Assembly (NCBI RefSeq): GCF_006345805.1
Contig: NW_021836133.1
Span: 1 to 64,000 of the forward strand
Direction of reading: 5' to 3'
Origin: Octopus sinensis
Lineage: Eukaryota
DNA length: 64,000 nt
The position numbers and the translations under genes are program-made. This document shows positions 38,834 through 53,837 of the stretch, piece after piece (the stretch's first letter is position 1; every line of letters starts with the position of its first letter). The notes below the pieces were generated by a model that saw only the letters and a list, made by a program, of their open reading frames with translations, did no database searches and was not told the origin of the DNA.

Positions 38834-39260
38834 CGGTTTCCTTCAACTGAAGGGGTCGGGGGTAAATAAATAAATTATATGTATAAATCGATATTTTAGA
38901 AATATCCTTATGCGATAAAAATCTTCACATAAGCAAGCTTAAATTCAAACTAGTGTACCATGACTTTTTGATAACGATTCTCACTTTTACTCGGACTTTT
39001 CCAACGGATTTTCATGGCCAGTCAAAAAATGAACGCTAATTTGCTAGTCTGTAAATCTTTTATATTTCGGCAGCCTTAAATCAAAGACTTCTAGTTCCAT
39101 TATGATAATTTTCTATTCATTATGTGGTTGATTACTAGGTATTTTCTAATTAATTGGTGTTTTTGTTAGTTAAAAAAGTCAATTTTTTATTTATGTTCAA
39201 ATCCTAAAAATTGATTTAACACATTTTTTATGTCAGTGGAATCTAAAGGTAGTATAAAAA

Positions 39261-40482
39261 ATGAATAATTATTAAAGTATTATTCTGCTATTATACAAAC
39301 TAGGCGAAATACAGGCCAGAGGGGTTTGAATTCGATAACAGCCATTTAGAAAACCTTTGTACGCATATAATATATGCATTCTGCACCATTGATGTAAATA
39401 ATCTTTCTATTATTTCAAATGACAATTGGTCTGACTTGCCTGGAGGTAATTTTTTACATCTATATTAGTTCAATATAACGATTTTCATAGAATCACCTCT
39501 CTTAAACGTTTAAATCCTTGTTTGAAAATCCTGCTTTCTGTTGGAGGGTGGAACACACTGCTCAATGTGTTTACGACTGTATCAAGAAGCGACTTTAATG
39601 CAGAAACATTTGCTAAAAATACAAAAGACTTTTTAAAGAAATACAATTTTGACGGATTTGACATTGATTGGGAATTTCCTCACAATCAAAAACAAGCGTA
39701 CAGTCGACTTTTGAAAGCTATGAGCACAGAATTTCAAAAAACTCGAAAGATATTTGTTGACAGCAGCTGTTTCAGCAGGAGTTTCGACAATTCAGGTTTC
39801 ATATGAAATAAAAGAAATTTCTAGGTTAAATATTTACATTTTGACAATTAGATACCTTGATTACATCAATTTAATGACTTATGATTTTTACAGTCAATTT
39901 TCGAACACTGTTGGCCATCATACAGGATTATATGGAATAAACGATGCTGATACTTTCAACACGGTACTCAGATTAAATAAACTCTAAATTTACAGGATTA
40001 TGTAGTCAGATATTGGTCTAAGCACGGTGCTCCAAAGTCAAAACTACTCATCGGGTTACCAACCTACGGACAAGGATTCAAAACTAAATCAAAAAATCCA
40101 AAAATTGGAGATAAAATCGTTGGGGGACCTAGCGAAGGACCAATAACAAAAGAATCGGGAATTCTAGCATATATTGAGGTACTTTTTATTCTAAAAAAAT
40201 TTTTAGTATTCTAATCAAGGTTATAATGAAGTTTGGGACGATAAGCAAAAAGCTTCTCATGGAGTTAAGGACTATCATTGGTTGTGATATGAAAGTATCA
40301 GAAGTATTAAAGAAAAGGGAAATAAATTTTTCTTTACCTTGTAGGCAAAATATGTGAAAGATAATGGACTAGCAGGGATGTTTGTGTGGACTTTAGATTT
40401 TGACGATGTTAATGGAAATGAATGCGGCCAAGGACAATCGCCCTTGATATCACAAATGAAAAAATCACTGAATATTAGATAG
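39261..40482 (+). pseudogene. GH18 chitinase pseudogene
   Basis: CYYTN*AKYR (TAG 39301), CTHIIYAF, KILLSVGGW, FDGFDIDWEFP, DYINLMTYDF, LLIGLPTYG, WL*YES (TGA 40285), [11 protein letters not shown]. One frameshift; 23-28-nt introns. Confidence 0.9.
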
Positions 40483-42005
40483 AGGAATGTCTTAAATAAT
40501 TATTCACTCCTAGTCTCTGGAAAAATTCGATATAACTAACAATTTATTTTTTTGGACAAATACAAACCTTTATTAAAATCAAATATTAAAAAAAAATTTC
40601 CAATTAAGACTAAGTTGAATAAACTTTTTATCAAATATAACTTTGGTAATTTTTCTGTACAAAAATTCTTAAAATAAAATTGAATGATTATTACTTCTGA
40701 TAGTATAAGAAAAAAGAACTACAGAAAGTAAATAGAACAATAGTGGTTTGAATAAATAATTAATAGGTTTCTTTGCGGTAATAAAGAATGATGCTGTTTA
40801 AATTATAATTAGCTGATTTACCACGAGTTTTAATATAATAGTAAATTTATTCTGGCAAAAGTATGTCTTTAAAGTACAAAAACAACACAGTTACATTTTC
40901 TTGAAGAAACTTATTATTTATAATCATATAAGCGCACAGAAAAATCGTTAAATTTATCGTGAAAAACTGCCGCAAGTGCAATAAAACACTTAAAGAGAAT
41001 ATTTCATTGATATTTTTTCAAAAAGTTTACCAACGATCACCACTTAATTGAATATGTTAGATTTCCTAAAAAAATTTGTTGAATATATGACTGGGAAAGG
41101 AGAAATAACTATCCAAAAAATTTAAAGAGAAACGAAAATACTTATTTGTCTCAAACGTTGCGAAGATGCTGATTTGTAAATTATTGAAATCGACTATGAA
41201 AAAATTGTATTTGATATTATTCAAACATATTTGAGAATTCGAAAAAGCTTTTTTAAGAATTGGATTTTAAATTTATTTTCTTTAATTTAAAATCCCGATA
41301 TAGTCACTAATAATTACATTAATGATTCAAGCTTCAAAATGACAGAAATTTTAGATTCAGTAATTTGTTGTGTAAATTTGTAATTTCAGTAAAATTAAAG
41401 AATGTAAAATCCTTTGATATCGCGTAAATTTCGTCTCATTTGAAAGTTATTAAATTGTTGTATTGTAGCAAAAGACTACACAAAGAATTTTGTTACCGTT
41501 GAAGATTTTTTATTAATCTGAACATTACATGAACTATTTATAAGACTAGAAAAGTGAGGTTCTTGGTTTGGATCCTCAAAGTAACTTGCCTTTTTATTCA
41601 TGCATCTCCGACTCTCATTAATTATATAATTAGTTATTAAAATTAGACAAACGAGATATCATTAACTTATCTACTTTTATTTTCAAGATCACACCTAAAA
41701 CTAATGTAAAACGACTAAATGAGCAGTGAATTGTATCAGAAATTATAAATCAGTGTGCTTTTCATTTTCGACCCTTTGATAGATGTGAAACGACGGAAGC
41801 TTTTTTATACGAAATGTGTAATAATAAATTTAAATAAAAGATCTTTAATCTTTGCATAAAACTATTAAGATACAAAGACTTTAATTTTATAATATTTTTT
41901 AGGAAGCAGTTTGTCTATTCTACCATTTATTTTTATTTTTGAATATCAAATTAATACTTTCCAAACCAATAATAAATTAATAGTTAATCAGAAACTAAGC
42001 AGAGC

Positions 42006-43735
42006 TCACTCCAGCTCGCTGATATCCACTCTCCTTCTCTTGGAAGAAAAGTCTACTTCCAGCTGCCTCTTACTCCCCACTACCACATCTGATTCAACCA
42101 TTGCATCTTCTTTAGCATTCATTGGGTCGTCTTCATTTTTGCATGCCATCTCCACATACCGATTGGAAGCAGAAGCGTATTCTTCACCAGATACCTTCAT
42201 TCCGTGCTTGTGTTCGATCATCATACTCTCGAGCGTTCTTTTCAGTACAACGGATTGGATGTATGTCCTCGTTCCTGCTTCAATAGATAGTTTCTTCATA
42301 TAATTTTTGAAGCATTTCGAGACAACTCCATCCCATGTCATAACCACAGGAATTATTTTTACTTGACAGCTATACAGAAGCGAAAGCTCACTTGCCAATA
42401 GGTCATACTTGTGACACTTTTCAACCTCCACTTGCTTGAGGCGATCCTGTGAGGTAATACCCACTTCAATTAGATTTATTTCGTTTCTGACTTTGTCGTG
42501 GACAAAGATATCTGGCTTGTTGTATTCTACTTTTGTTTCGGTGAGGATTGTAGAATCAACCCTGATTTCAACTTTTCCCGTCGACAGTGTTGACTGAACA
42601 GAATGTCCCTTCAATCGTCTTGCTTTTTTGAGTCCATACATTCGGCACAAGTTAAGGTGAATACACTTCACAACTTCGTTGTGTCTCCGGAGATAATCAC
42701 TGTTGAGCATTTTACCACACTGAGTAGCCATGTGGTCAACAGTTTTCTTGCTTTTCTTACAATGATTGCATAATGAGTCAGCGGATGCAAAGAACAAGTT
42801 TCGATCTTGCAAAAGACAATACAATGCTTCGCTTCGTGGCCCATTATTTCCATTAGATAGCCATTCTGAGGATGCAGGTAAATCAACATTAGGTTCATCC
42901 ACACATTTGAAAAGCACAGAATGTAGTGCTTTAGAACTAATTTTCTTTTGTAAATATTGTATCTGACTGGACTTTAGAGACTCCATAGTAATACTCTTAT
43001 CAATAATTGCATATTTGGAGGATAGAAATCCTGCGATCATAGCCAAATGCCATTTATTCATTTTAATTACACGCAGAATCCCCGCCCTCCGTAAGCATAT
43101 AGTTGACATATTTTCCAGACTCGTAAGGAACTGGAAGAGCATTAGTTCACTTTTGAAAGTAACTGATGAAAGCCCTCTTCCAAGAGCCTTCCGATTTAAA
43201 TACAGTCTCTCTTTATTTGCAGGTTTGAGATGTAATCTGAGCGACGTAAGCAATTGCCGTATTTGTCTGTCAATATCATCAAATTCAGAAGGTTCAATAT
43301 TGATTAGCCCAATATAATAATTATATAGTGACAATGCATATTCATTTATAGCACGAAACAGATTCACAGAGTTGAGTTTTGTTTTCGATAGCATAGTTAT
43401 CCTCTTCTTAACATTCTCAAAGATAGAGTCCATAACTCTATTCTTAAGAACATTGCTTCCACCATCTTCAAGTACACCCAAATACCGATATCCATTGATT
43501 CCGTCAATAGTCTTACAACATGATAATGATTCCAAATTAGACGCTGATTTTTCTGAATTCATCTCCAAACCAACAATTTTAAAAAATCCGTTGACAGCTT
43601 CCATCATTTTGAGTAAAGTGTCTTGTTTGAGAGCAAATATTTTTAGATCGTCAATAAATAGCAAATGATTAGTAGAATATGTAACATATTGGGATCTTCC
43701 TGGTTAATTTCAAGTTTTGGAAACACGGAATTAAA
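42006..43735 (-). mobile_element. 5'-truncated R4/Dong-like non-LTR element (552-aa open frame)
   Basis: NHLLFIDDLK, YRYLGV, CNHC..TVDHMATQC..RRHNEV, KPDI..LIEVG..EK.HKY. Collinear with 56065-59592. Confidence 0.92.
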
Positions 43736-46700
43736 TTTATTTTATTAATTTCATTTTTATTAATTTATTTATTTTTTATTCGACATATTCATTTTTTAAT
43801 CCTATTCCAAGTAGTCTTATTAAGACAGTCTCCCGGGGCAAAACCGAAGTTGAGACCTTCGTGGCTCTCGTTATCAGCCCCCTAAGCTCTAATTCCTCGG
43901 CCACTTTTCTTTTGGAGCTATTGTATTAAATAAACCATATTCTATTCTACTGTTTCGGAAAATTTTTTATGCATATCAACCACCAACAATTCTGCATACC
44001 GACAATGGTAGAGAATTTAAAAATTCTAAAATGCATGCGATGTGCCTCGAGTTCGGCACTAAACAGATATTTGGTAGACCTCGTGCCCCTTAGATACAAG
44101 GTCAAGTTGAAAGGTAGATACAAGGTAATTTAACATTAAGATTCAATCAATCAATAAAAAGGTGGATTTCGTCAACAACTGCTTCAGAGAATAAATTTGG
44201 CAGTTATTTAACCTGCCTTAAACGAATTGTATTCATGTACAACACCATTCACGAGACAACAAGAAAAATACCATTCGAAATTTTTATCGGAGCCAAATAT
44301 CCGAATGAAGTTTGCCTTGAAGATTATCGTTTCGCATTGTGGACATAACACTCTCGAGTACATGTGCCATGAAAGATACTTCACTGTAAACGACAAATAA
44401 TCCAAAAAATTGTTGCCGATTGTGAAAATTTGCAAATTTTCAACTCCCTTGAAACTAGGGGATGAAGAAAATCATGTGATTGCCAATCGTCCAAATGAAA
44501 AATTCCAGATGGTTTTAATTGATCTGAAGAGGTATCAATTTTTTGTATTATATTAAAGATATAAAAAAACAATGAAACTATAGCATGGCTTTTAACGGTC
44601 ATTGACGTCTCTCGAAGTTGCATTCACTCAAACTAAAACATAAAAGCGGAATTGACGTTGCTGAAAATCTCAAAAAAATTTTCTACGTTTTGGACTGTTC
44701 AATATTTGCACTCGGATAATGGAACTGATTCAAAAATCCACATGTCACTGCCTTGTGTGAATGTTTCAACATTCAACAGATACACAGTAGGCCAAACAAT
44801 CCGAGAAGTCAAGGCATCATCGAGCGTTTTGAAATGGCTTGGGAAGATGTGTCTGAAAAAACGATTGCAAATTGTTTCGGAATTTTAAGCAACCCATTCA
44901 AAAAGAATCATGTAGTTGAAGTTCAAGATATTGCAGTAGAAAAAAACTGACATTTTTGATCCTTAGAATTCGAAGAATTTCTTAATTTTGAATATTCTGA
45001 AAATGATACATTTCAAGACGTTGAGGATATTGAAAATATAAAAAATGAAGAAGAAATAGAAGCTGAAGTAAAATCCAATGAAGTAGAATCCAAAGATTCA
45101 ATTGACAAAGAAGACATTGTGGTTAAGTTAACTAAAACTGAAAACGACCTCTAAAAAACATTGAGAACGAACATGAAGTTCAATTGATTACATCCATAAG
45201 GCGCTATAAGGAAAATGTCATTAAAACTCAAAAAAAGCAGATGGGCATCCAATTTACTTTAAGAACATTAATAATGCTTAATTACTTAAAATTTTCTGGA
45301 TAAAAGTTGTTCTTATTCAAAATTTAATTACACAAAAGATTGATTTTATTTCTCAAATTGGCCATTTCTCGAATTGACCACAAAACACGTGGAACCAAAA
45401 ATGGCCAATTTCAGAGGAGTAACTGTATTTGCAAATAGAATAATGGAACTGAATTTAAAAATCAACATGTCAATGCCTTGTGTGAATGTTTCAACATTCA
45501 ACAGATACACAGTAGGCCAAACAATACGAGAAGTCAAGGCATCATCGAGCGTTTTAACCAGACGGTTACGAGGTCGCTACGAGGTCGGCTCGTTCAAATT
45601 TAATTTTCCTCCGACAAATTTGAATTCGTTATATTACAGAAAAATGAATCGAAAAATGGGAGTACATCAATCAAAATATGCTTTTGAATTGGGCAACAAG
45701 GTAAAGTAAAAAAATATATTTATAATAGGTCAAGATTCTTAAAGATTATGGGACCAACCCAGCACTATCGTTGAAGAAATTTGAAAATATTTACAGCGAA
45801 GAAGGAATAATAACAAAAATATTCACACACAATGTTGTAGAGGTCGAAATGCAAGATGGAAAGACAATAAAAACACACATGAAGAGAATTAAGAAGACGA
45901 CTTAATTGAGATTTTAACATGATTTAAAATTTTAACATGATTTAAAATTAAAATTGAAATAATTTAAGTTTTCCATTGAATTCCATAAAATAATTTATAA
46001 GCAGACCTTAATAGAAAAAGTAAAATCAATGAATACTGAACGCTAATTTGGTTCAAATTCTGAAGTTAATGATTTTCTCATTAATATAAGAGCAAAAATA
46101 AAATTATATGGTCGCGAAAATGTCTATAATGCAGATGAGACAGGATTATTTTATAAAGCTCTTCCATGTAAAAGCATTTGCAAGATCAAGAGATATGGAC
46201 ATAAATTATTGAAGGATCGAATATCGATAATGTTCTGTTCAAATATGACTGGGACCGATAAACTAACTCTCGAATCCGCCGTAATTTCCCAGGTCCCAAA
46301 TTTGGCGGATTCGAGAGGTTTTACTATATAACCAAATTAGTTTCGCCTTTTCAAGGCCATTGCTTAATAAGTCGGCAATTGAAGTATGCCACTATTTGGA
46401 GGATCTTTTCTACGTACATGGGCCATGTAAAATTCTACAGTCGGATAACGGGACAGAATTTAAAATGCAGAAATTCAAAGTTTATGTCAAAGGTTCAGAA
46501 TACTTCACATTCATGGAAGACCAAACAATCCCTAATCTCAGGTTATTCCACTTTGGATAGATGGCTTTGTTAACTTCTAGTAAATAACAGTTTCATTCAA
46601 ATTATAAAAATTCGAATTATTTCAAATTGCCGCGTTTTAGTGAAGCTTTTTTTGCAAGAAATAGAACAATTTGAAGATTATATTAATTCTGATCGCGATC

Positions 46701-46996
46701 CAACATCTTTTAAAGATGTCGACAAGAAAAAAAGATACAGACTAAGAAAAGAACATAATATGGATCACTTTGGACGAGATCGTCTATTCGACAAACTTCG
46801 TAATCGTTATTACGATGTTACCCGATCCGAAGTTGCTCAGATTGTGTCAAAATGTTCATTTTGTCAGGTATTTTTTGGATCTACATTTGTCAGTCAAAGA
46901 AATTGATGGCTACAAAGCCTCAAATAACTCCTATAATCGCTAAGAGACCTCGTGACAGATACATCGCTGATTTCGTGACATATAATATAAGATTCA

Positions 46997-47418
46997 AATA
47001 TCACAAAAGTATAAATAAGTAAAAAAGGAGATTAAAAGAACAAAATCGGAAAATATCACCAAAAATATAAATAGAAATAAGTAAAAAAAAAGATTAAAGA
47101 ACACCTCGAAAAATATCGCAAAAAGTATAAATAGGTAAAATAAAGGAGATTAAAGGAATAAAATCGAAAAATATCACAAAAAATAAAATATAAATAAGTA
47201 AAAAAGGAGATTAAAGGAACAAACTCGAAAAATATCACAAAAAGTATAAATAAGTAAAAAAGGAGATTAAAAGAACAAAATCGAAAAATATCACAAAAAT
47301 ATAAATAGAAATAAGTAAAAAAGGAGATTAAAGGAACAAACTCAAAAAATATCACAAAAAGTATAAATAAGTAAAAAAAGGAGATTAAAGGAATAAAATC
47401 GAAAAAATATCACAAAAT
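46997..47418. repeat. Minisatellite copy 2
   Basis: Same unit and order as 32538-32965. Confidence 0.95.
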
Positions 47419-48627
47419 GATGAACTTTCAGATAATTAAATCATTAAAAGAAAATACATCTTGAAATATTCCTTCTGAATCCAATTAAGATAAAAAAACT
47501 AAAGTGTAGCAAATAATTAAGAGAGCACCACAAAGTAAATCAACAGCGTGCTCACAAGTTGCTTAATTTATTAGGTTTTAGGTTTACCATTTTAAAATTA
47601 AGATAATTAATAATAATTAATGAAAAAAACTTTATTTTTATTACAAAACAGTTTTGAATGTCAGTAATTCTCACCTTTAGAGAGAGCAAGGATCCAATAA
47701 TAACCAGATTATTGAAAAAGGTTATTTAAAATCAATTAATCTTGGCTATAGCAATTGGAAACTACTTCGCCACTTGACTGCTAAATTGGTAGCGAAGAGT
47801 GTATGCCCCCGCCTCAGCTCAGAATTTGCTCCTTACCAACTCGGGATGGGGATCGCCAACGGTTGCGAGTCCGACATCGCCAATTTATTTTTTGTATATC
47901 AATCCTCCCTGGTGACATAACTACCGAATTAGCAGTTATTTTGTTTTTTGCGGTGCAAGTGATTTTAATCTTCATTGCTATTTCGAATTTGGTTGGAGCG
48001 ATTTATGGTTTTATGTTTAAAAAGTTGAATATTTATATCATTTAATCTAAATTGGACCGGTGGTAACAGATTGGACTGAACATTCAAAATATAAGAAATA
48101 AAATAACCCGGTCTTTCAGCCTGGGCGAATTTTTTGAAAAAAACTTTTTAAACGTATGTTTTTGCAGAATATTCTTATTTTGTTGTCATTATAAATATTT
48201 TAGGTTCATATTTTTCCAATTTGTGCAAATCACTGAAATAAAACAATTAATTTTATCTTCAAGGTTTACGTCAGTCATATAAGACTATCCGTGAAAAGTT
48301 CTTAACTTTATATTGCTCCGTTTCTTGGATTTATAAAGCCACCCATTGCTACCCTTAAAATCAATGAATCCGTGTGGATCGGCAACTTTTTTCGCTTTCA
48401 AACAAATAGAATTGTCGTCAATGAATCAGCCACAAAGTTTGATATGTTCCATCAATGTCATAACTTCTGTATTAATGATTGAATATGTTAAAATAAAGTT
48501 TTTTGCTTGAAAAAAAAGAATCACTATCAAGTATTTTTTTTCAATCCTGAAATCATTGATTGATCTTGGTTAAATTTTTTTCTTAAAATTGAAGAAAAAA
48601 CAGAGGCTATATGTTCTATTGTTATAT

Positions 48628-49435
48628 TTTGAGTCAAATCTAGAGTTTGGTGGCCTTCTAACATAATTTTTTTGTGTTTGAATGCAAATTTATTTTGCAT
48701 TCATCACTAAAAATAATTTTACCCAATCATTTTGGCTCCAAGTTAATTTCTCAATGCACCAATTTTTTCTAGCCTTTTTATGGCATATGGAAAGACTTGG
48801 TTTTGGGCATTGCTTTCGCCCATTCAAATTATTTCTTTGTAGGCATCTTTTAATTGTATTTGTGCTTACAATAGAATTTAATTTCATATCAAATTTAATT
48901 TGATTTGCCGTTTTTGTGGGGTCTGCTTTCGAAATTCTCACTAATTTGCGTTCAGATCTTGGGGATAACAATCTCGGTCGACCAGATTTGGGTCTGTCGG
49001 AATATAGTCCAACGGATGAATATCTGGAAATTGTTCTTTGAACAGCAGTTTTGGATATTTTAATTTTTCGGCAATTTCTCTTTGTGAAGCTCCATCTTTA
49101 AAAAAAGTGATGATAGCGACCCGATCAACCAGTGAAACACGCGGCATTTGTTATTTATTAGTCTTTTGTTTTTAATTGAATCAAAAATTATTTAAATTTA
49201 AAGAGATTTAACTGGTTCGAAACATATGATTGCAACTGGTCCGGAACATATGATCGAGTCAAAAATCAATTATATTCAATTGGCGCCAAACAAAAATATT
49301 TAAAGAAAATTTTAGAATAGAATAAATGTATTTAAGCTTATCTAATAAGTTTCTCTAAAGAACCGTATAAAATAATTTAGGATTGACTTGGAAATTGAGA
49401 AAAATAGGGTGGTCCGAAACATTTGAGCGGTACTG
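48628..49435 (-). mobile_element. 3'-truncated Tc1 (IR/DR type)
   Basis: Terminus CAGTACCGCTCAAATG with TA; internal GGT(T/C)CG(A/G)AACAT repeats. MPRVSL..GASQREIA..SGRPR, TIKRCL..GRKQC.KP, W..IIFSDE. Confidence 0.88.
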
Positions 49436-49974
49436 TATATGTTATTATCGATGTAGGCTATTGTGTCTTTTATCATTATACGTCAGTCTGATACACTTTC
49501 GCATGTTAAATAAAGCGCCGTCAAGATTATTTCATATTAAAAGATAGTTTAACTAAGAAAATTTTTTAACATTGAAAAATAGCGGTGAGATTTAGAATTT
49601 GGCAAGAAATGGAGGTTTCTTTAGAAATTTTCGAATTTTTTGAAAAAAGGTGTCGAGCAATAGAGGTTTGACCTCTACATTGAAAAGTTGTCTATTGAAG
49701 TAGGAACTTGTATCTAAATACAGTCTTGACGAAAACACTGGAGAGTATGATGGTCGAACCAAAAATATAATCAAAATCCCTGAAAAGGAGATAAACTCAG
49801 CCAGGAGTTTCATAATTGACGCGAATCATTTGTATAAAGACAACATGGAAAGTGATAAAAAAATCGTAACTGACTGAAAATAAAGTATTAGTTTTGTTTA
49901 TTTCTTCTTCTTAAAGAAAACTAATTTTCTCCCAATAACTAGCAGATTAATACGTTTAAAATAAATTATTTTGG

Positions 49975-50435
49975 TTTAAAAATTCAGTTTCCTTTTTGAC
50001 ACGGGACCGGGACATCTAGAGAGCCTCTGAAAGGCTCCAAGCTAACCTGGATCGGCTAAACTAATGGCTGACGAACAACAGACTCGTGGTAAACCCGGCG
50101 AAATCCGCCACGTCACTTTTCACTTCCGACAAAAGATTGGGAAGGACTTCAGTCGACTTAAAGCTGAATAACGTGTCCGTACTCTTCTAGGGGTAACCTT
50201 CGACATGCACCTCTGCTTTCCCGCACGCAGACAACTTCCTTCGCAAATGCGAAAAAAATTGAATATCCTCAGAACTTTATCCGGCCTATAGAAAAACGGG
50301 TCACACCCGGTACTGACGAATATTTACCGCCAATACTTCGAACCATCAATTGCCTACGCCTGCGGATCATGAGGTTCGCGGTTATCGTGGTCCAACAGGA
50401 GGCGAATCCAGGAGATCCAACAAAGGGCCCACAGA
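49975..50435 (+). mobile_element. I/Jockey-like LINE RT-thumb relic
   Basis: LLGVTFDMHLCF..KKLNILRTLSG..IYRQY.EP.IAYAC. Confidence 0.7.
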
Positions 50436-52210
50436 TTAAAACTCAAAAAAAGCAGATGGGCATCCAATTCTACTTTAAGAACATTAATAATGCTTAATTA
50501 CTTAAAATTTTCTGGATAAAAGTTGTTCTTATTCAAAATTTAATTTACACAAAAGATTGATTTTATTTCTCAAATTGGCCATTTCTCGAATTGACCACAA
50601 AAACACGTGGAACCAAAAATGGCCAATTTCAGAGGAGTAACTGTATTTGCAAATAGAATAATGGAACTGAATTTAAAAATCAACATGTCAATGCCTTGTG
50701 TGAATGTTTCAACATTCAACAGATACACAGTAGGCCAAACAATCCGAGAAGTAAAGGCATCATCGAGCGTTTTAACCAAACGGTTACAAAGTCGCTACGA
50801 GGTCGGCTGGTTCAAATTTAATTTTCCTCCGAAAAATTTGAATTCATTACAGAAAAATGAATCGAAAAATGCGAGTACATCAATCAAAATATGCTTTTGA
50901 ATTGGGCAACAAGGTAAAGTAAAAAAATATATTTATAAATAGGTCAAGATTCTTAAAGATTATGGGACCAACCCAGCACTATCGTTGAAGAAATTTGAAA
51001 ATATTTACAGCGAAGAAGGAATAATAACAAAAATATTCACACACAATGTTTTAGAGGTCGAAATGCAAGATGGAAAGACAATAAAAACACACATGAAGAG
51101 AATTAAGAAGACGACTTAATTGAGATTTTAACATGATTTAAATTTTTAACATGATTTAAAGTTAAAATTGAAATAATTTGAGTTTTCCATTGAATTCCAT
51201 AAAATAATTTATAAGCAGACCATAATAGAAAAAGTAAAATCAATGAATACTGAACGCTAATCTGGTTCAAATTCTGAAGTTAATGATTTTCTCATTAATA
51301 TAAGAGCAAAAATAAAATTATATAGTCGCGAAAATGTCTATAATGCAGATGAGACAGGATTATTTTATAAAGCTCTTCCATGTAAAAGCATTTGCAAGAT
51401 CAAGAGATATGGACATAAATTATTGAAGGATCGAATATCGATAATGTTCTGTTCAAATATGACTGGGACCGATAAATAAACTCTCGAATCCGCCGTAATT
51501 TCCAGGTCCCAAATTTGGCGGATTCGAGAGGTTTTACTATATAACCAAATTAGTTTCGCCTTTTCAAGGCCATTGCTTAATAAGTCGGCAATTGAAGTAT
51601 GCCACTATTTGGAGGATCTTTTCTACGTACATGGGCCATGTAAAATTCTACAGTCGGATAACGGGACAGAATTTAAAAATGCAGAAATTCAAAGTTTATG
51701 TCAAAGGTTCAGAATACTTCACATTCATGGAGGACCAAACAATCCCTAATCTCAGGTTATTCCACTTCGGATAGATGGCTTTGTTAACTTCTAGTAAATA
51801 ACAGTTTCATTCAAATTATAAAGATTCGAATTATTTCAAATTGCCGGGTTTTAGTGAAGCTTTTTTTGCAAGAAATAGAACAATTTGAAGATTATATTAA
51901 TTCTGATCGCGATCCAACATCTTTTAAAGATGTCGACAAGAAAAAAAGATACAGACTAAGAAAAGAACATAATATGGATCACTTTGGACGAGATCGTCTA
52001 TTCGACAAACTTCGTAATCGTTATTACGATGTTACCCGATCCGAAGTTGCTCAGATTGTGTCAAAATGTTCATTTTGTCAGGTATTTTTTTGATCTATAT
52101 TTGTCAGTCAAAGAAATTGATGGCTACAAAGCCTCAAATAACTCCTATAATCGCTAAGAGACCTCGTGACAGATACATCGCTGATTTCGTGACATATAAT
52201 ATAAGATTCA

Positions 52211-52632
52211 AATATCACAAAAGTATAAATAAGTAAAAAAGGAGATTAAAAGAACAAAATCGGAAAATATCACCAAAAATATAAATAGAAATAAGTAAAA
52301 AAAAAGATTAAAGAACACCTCGAAAAATATCGCAAAAAGTATAAATAGGTAAATAAAGGAGATTAAAGGATAAAATCGAAAAATATCACAAAAAATATAA
52401 ATAGAAATAAGTAAAAAAGGAGATTAAAGGAACAAACTCGAAAAATATCACAAAAAGTATAAATAAGTAAAAAAAGGAGATTAAAAGAACAAAATCGAAA
52501 AATATCACAAAAAATATAAATAGAAATAAGTAAAAAAGGAGATTAAAGGAACAAACTCAAAAAATATCACAAAAAGTATAAATAAGTAAAAAAGGAGATT
52601 AAAGGAATAAAATCGAAAAATATCACAAAAAT
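52211..52632. repeat. Minisatellite copy 3
   Basis: Same unit; the fourth unit differs from copies 1 and 2. Confidence 0.95.
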
Positions 52633-53837
52633 GATGAACTTTCAGATAATTAAATCATTAAAAGAAAATACATCTTGAAATATTCCTTCTGAATCCAATT
52701 AAGATAAAAAAACTAAAGTGTAGCAAATAATTAAGAGAGCACCACAAAGTAAATCAACAGCGTGCTCACAAGTTGCTTAATTTATTAGGTTTTAGGTTTA
52801 CCATTTTAAAATTAAGATAATTAATAATAATTAATGAAAAAAACTTTATTTTTATTACAAAACAGTTTTGAATGTCAGTAATTCTCACCTTTAGAGAGAG
52901 CAAGGATCCAATAATAACCAGATTATTGAAAAAGGTTATTTAAAATCAATTAATCTTGGCTATAGCAATTGGAAACTACTTCCGCCACTTGACTGCTAAA
53001 TTGGCAGCGAAGAGTGTATGCCCCCGCCTCAGCTCAGAATTTGCTCCTTACCAACTCGGGGTGGGGATCGCCAACGGTTGCGAGTCCGACATCGCCAATT
53101 TATTTTTTGTATATCAATCCTCCCTGGTGACATAACTACCGAATTAGCAGTTATTTTGTTTTTTGCGGTGCAAGTGATTTCAATCTTCATTGCTATTTCG
53201 AATTTGGTTGGAGCGATTTATGGTTTATGTTTAAAAAGTTGAATATTTATATCATTTAATCTAAATTGGACCGGTGGTAACAGATTGGACTGAACATTCA
53301 AAATATAAGAAATAAAATAACCCGGTCTTTCAGCCTGGGCGAATTTTTTGAAAAAACTTTTTAAACGTATGTTTTTGCAGAATATTCTTATTTTGTTGTC
53401 ATTATAAATATTTTAGGTTCATATTTTTCCAATTTTGTGCAAATCACTGAAATAAAACAATTAATTTTATCTTCAAGGTTTACGTCAGTCATATAAGACT
53501 ATCCGTGAAAAGTTCTTAACTTTATATTGCTCCGTTTCTTGGATTTATAAAGCCACCCATTGCTACCCTTAAAATCAATGAATCCGTGTGGATCGGCAAC
53601 TTTTTTCGCTTTCAAACAAATAGAATTGTCGTCAATGAATCAGCCACAAAGTTTGATATGTTCCATCAATGTCATAACTTCTGTATTAATGATTGAATAT
53701 GTTAAAATAAAGTTTTTTGCTTGAAAAAAAGAATCACTATCAAGTATTTTTTAATCCTGAAATCATTGATTGATCTTGGTTAAATTTTTTCTTAAAATTG
53801 AAGAAAAAAACAGAGGCTATATGTTCTATTGTTATAT

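Larger units (their letters stand above)
43951..49968 (+). repeat. Segmental duplicate of 28970-35305
   Basis: Near-identical sequence from TGTTTCGGAAAATTTTTT to ATAAATTATT. Lacks the RTE and ~33590-34200; carries a Tc1. Confidence 0.92.

Noticed and set aside
18861-40287. Alternative genetic code (stop reassignment) explaining in-frame stops
   Set aside because: All three stop types occur at unrelated residues (W, R, Q, S/G) together with frameshifts and TE insertions, and other genes end normally in TAA, TAG or TGA.
47056-47355. Hydrophobic 99-aa ORF as a membrane protein
   Set aside because: It is the reverse complement of the A-rich minisatellite.
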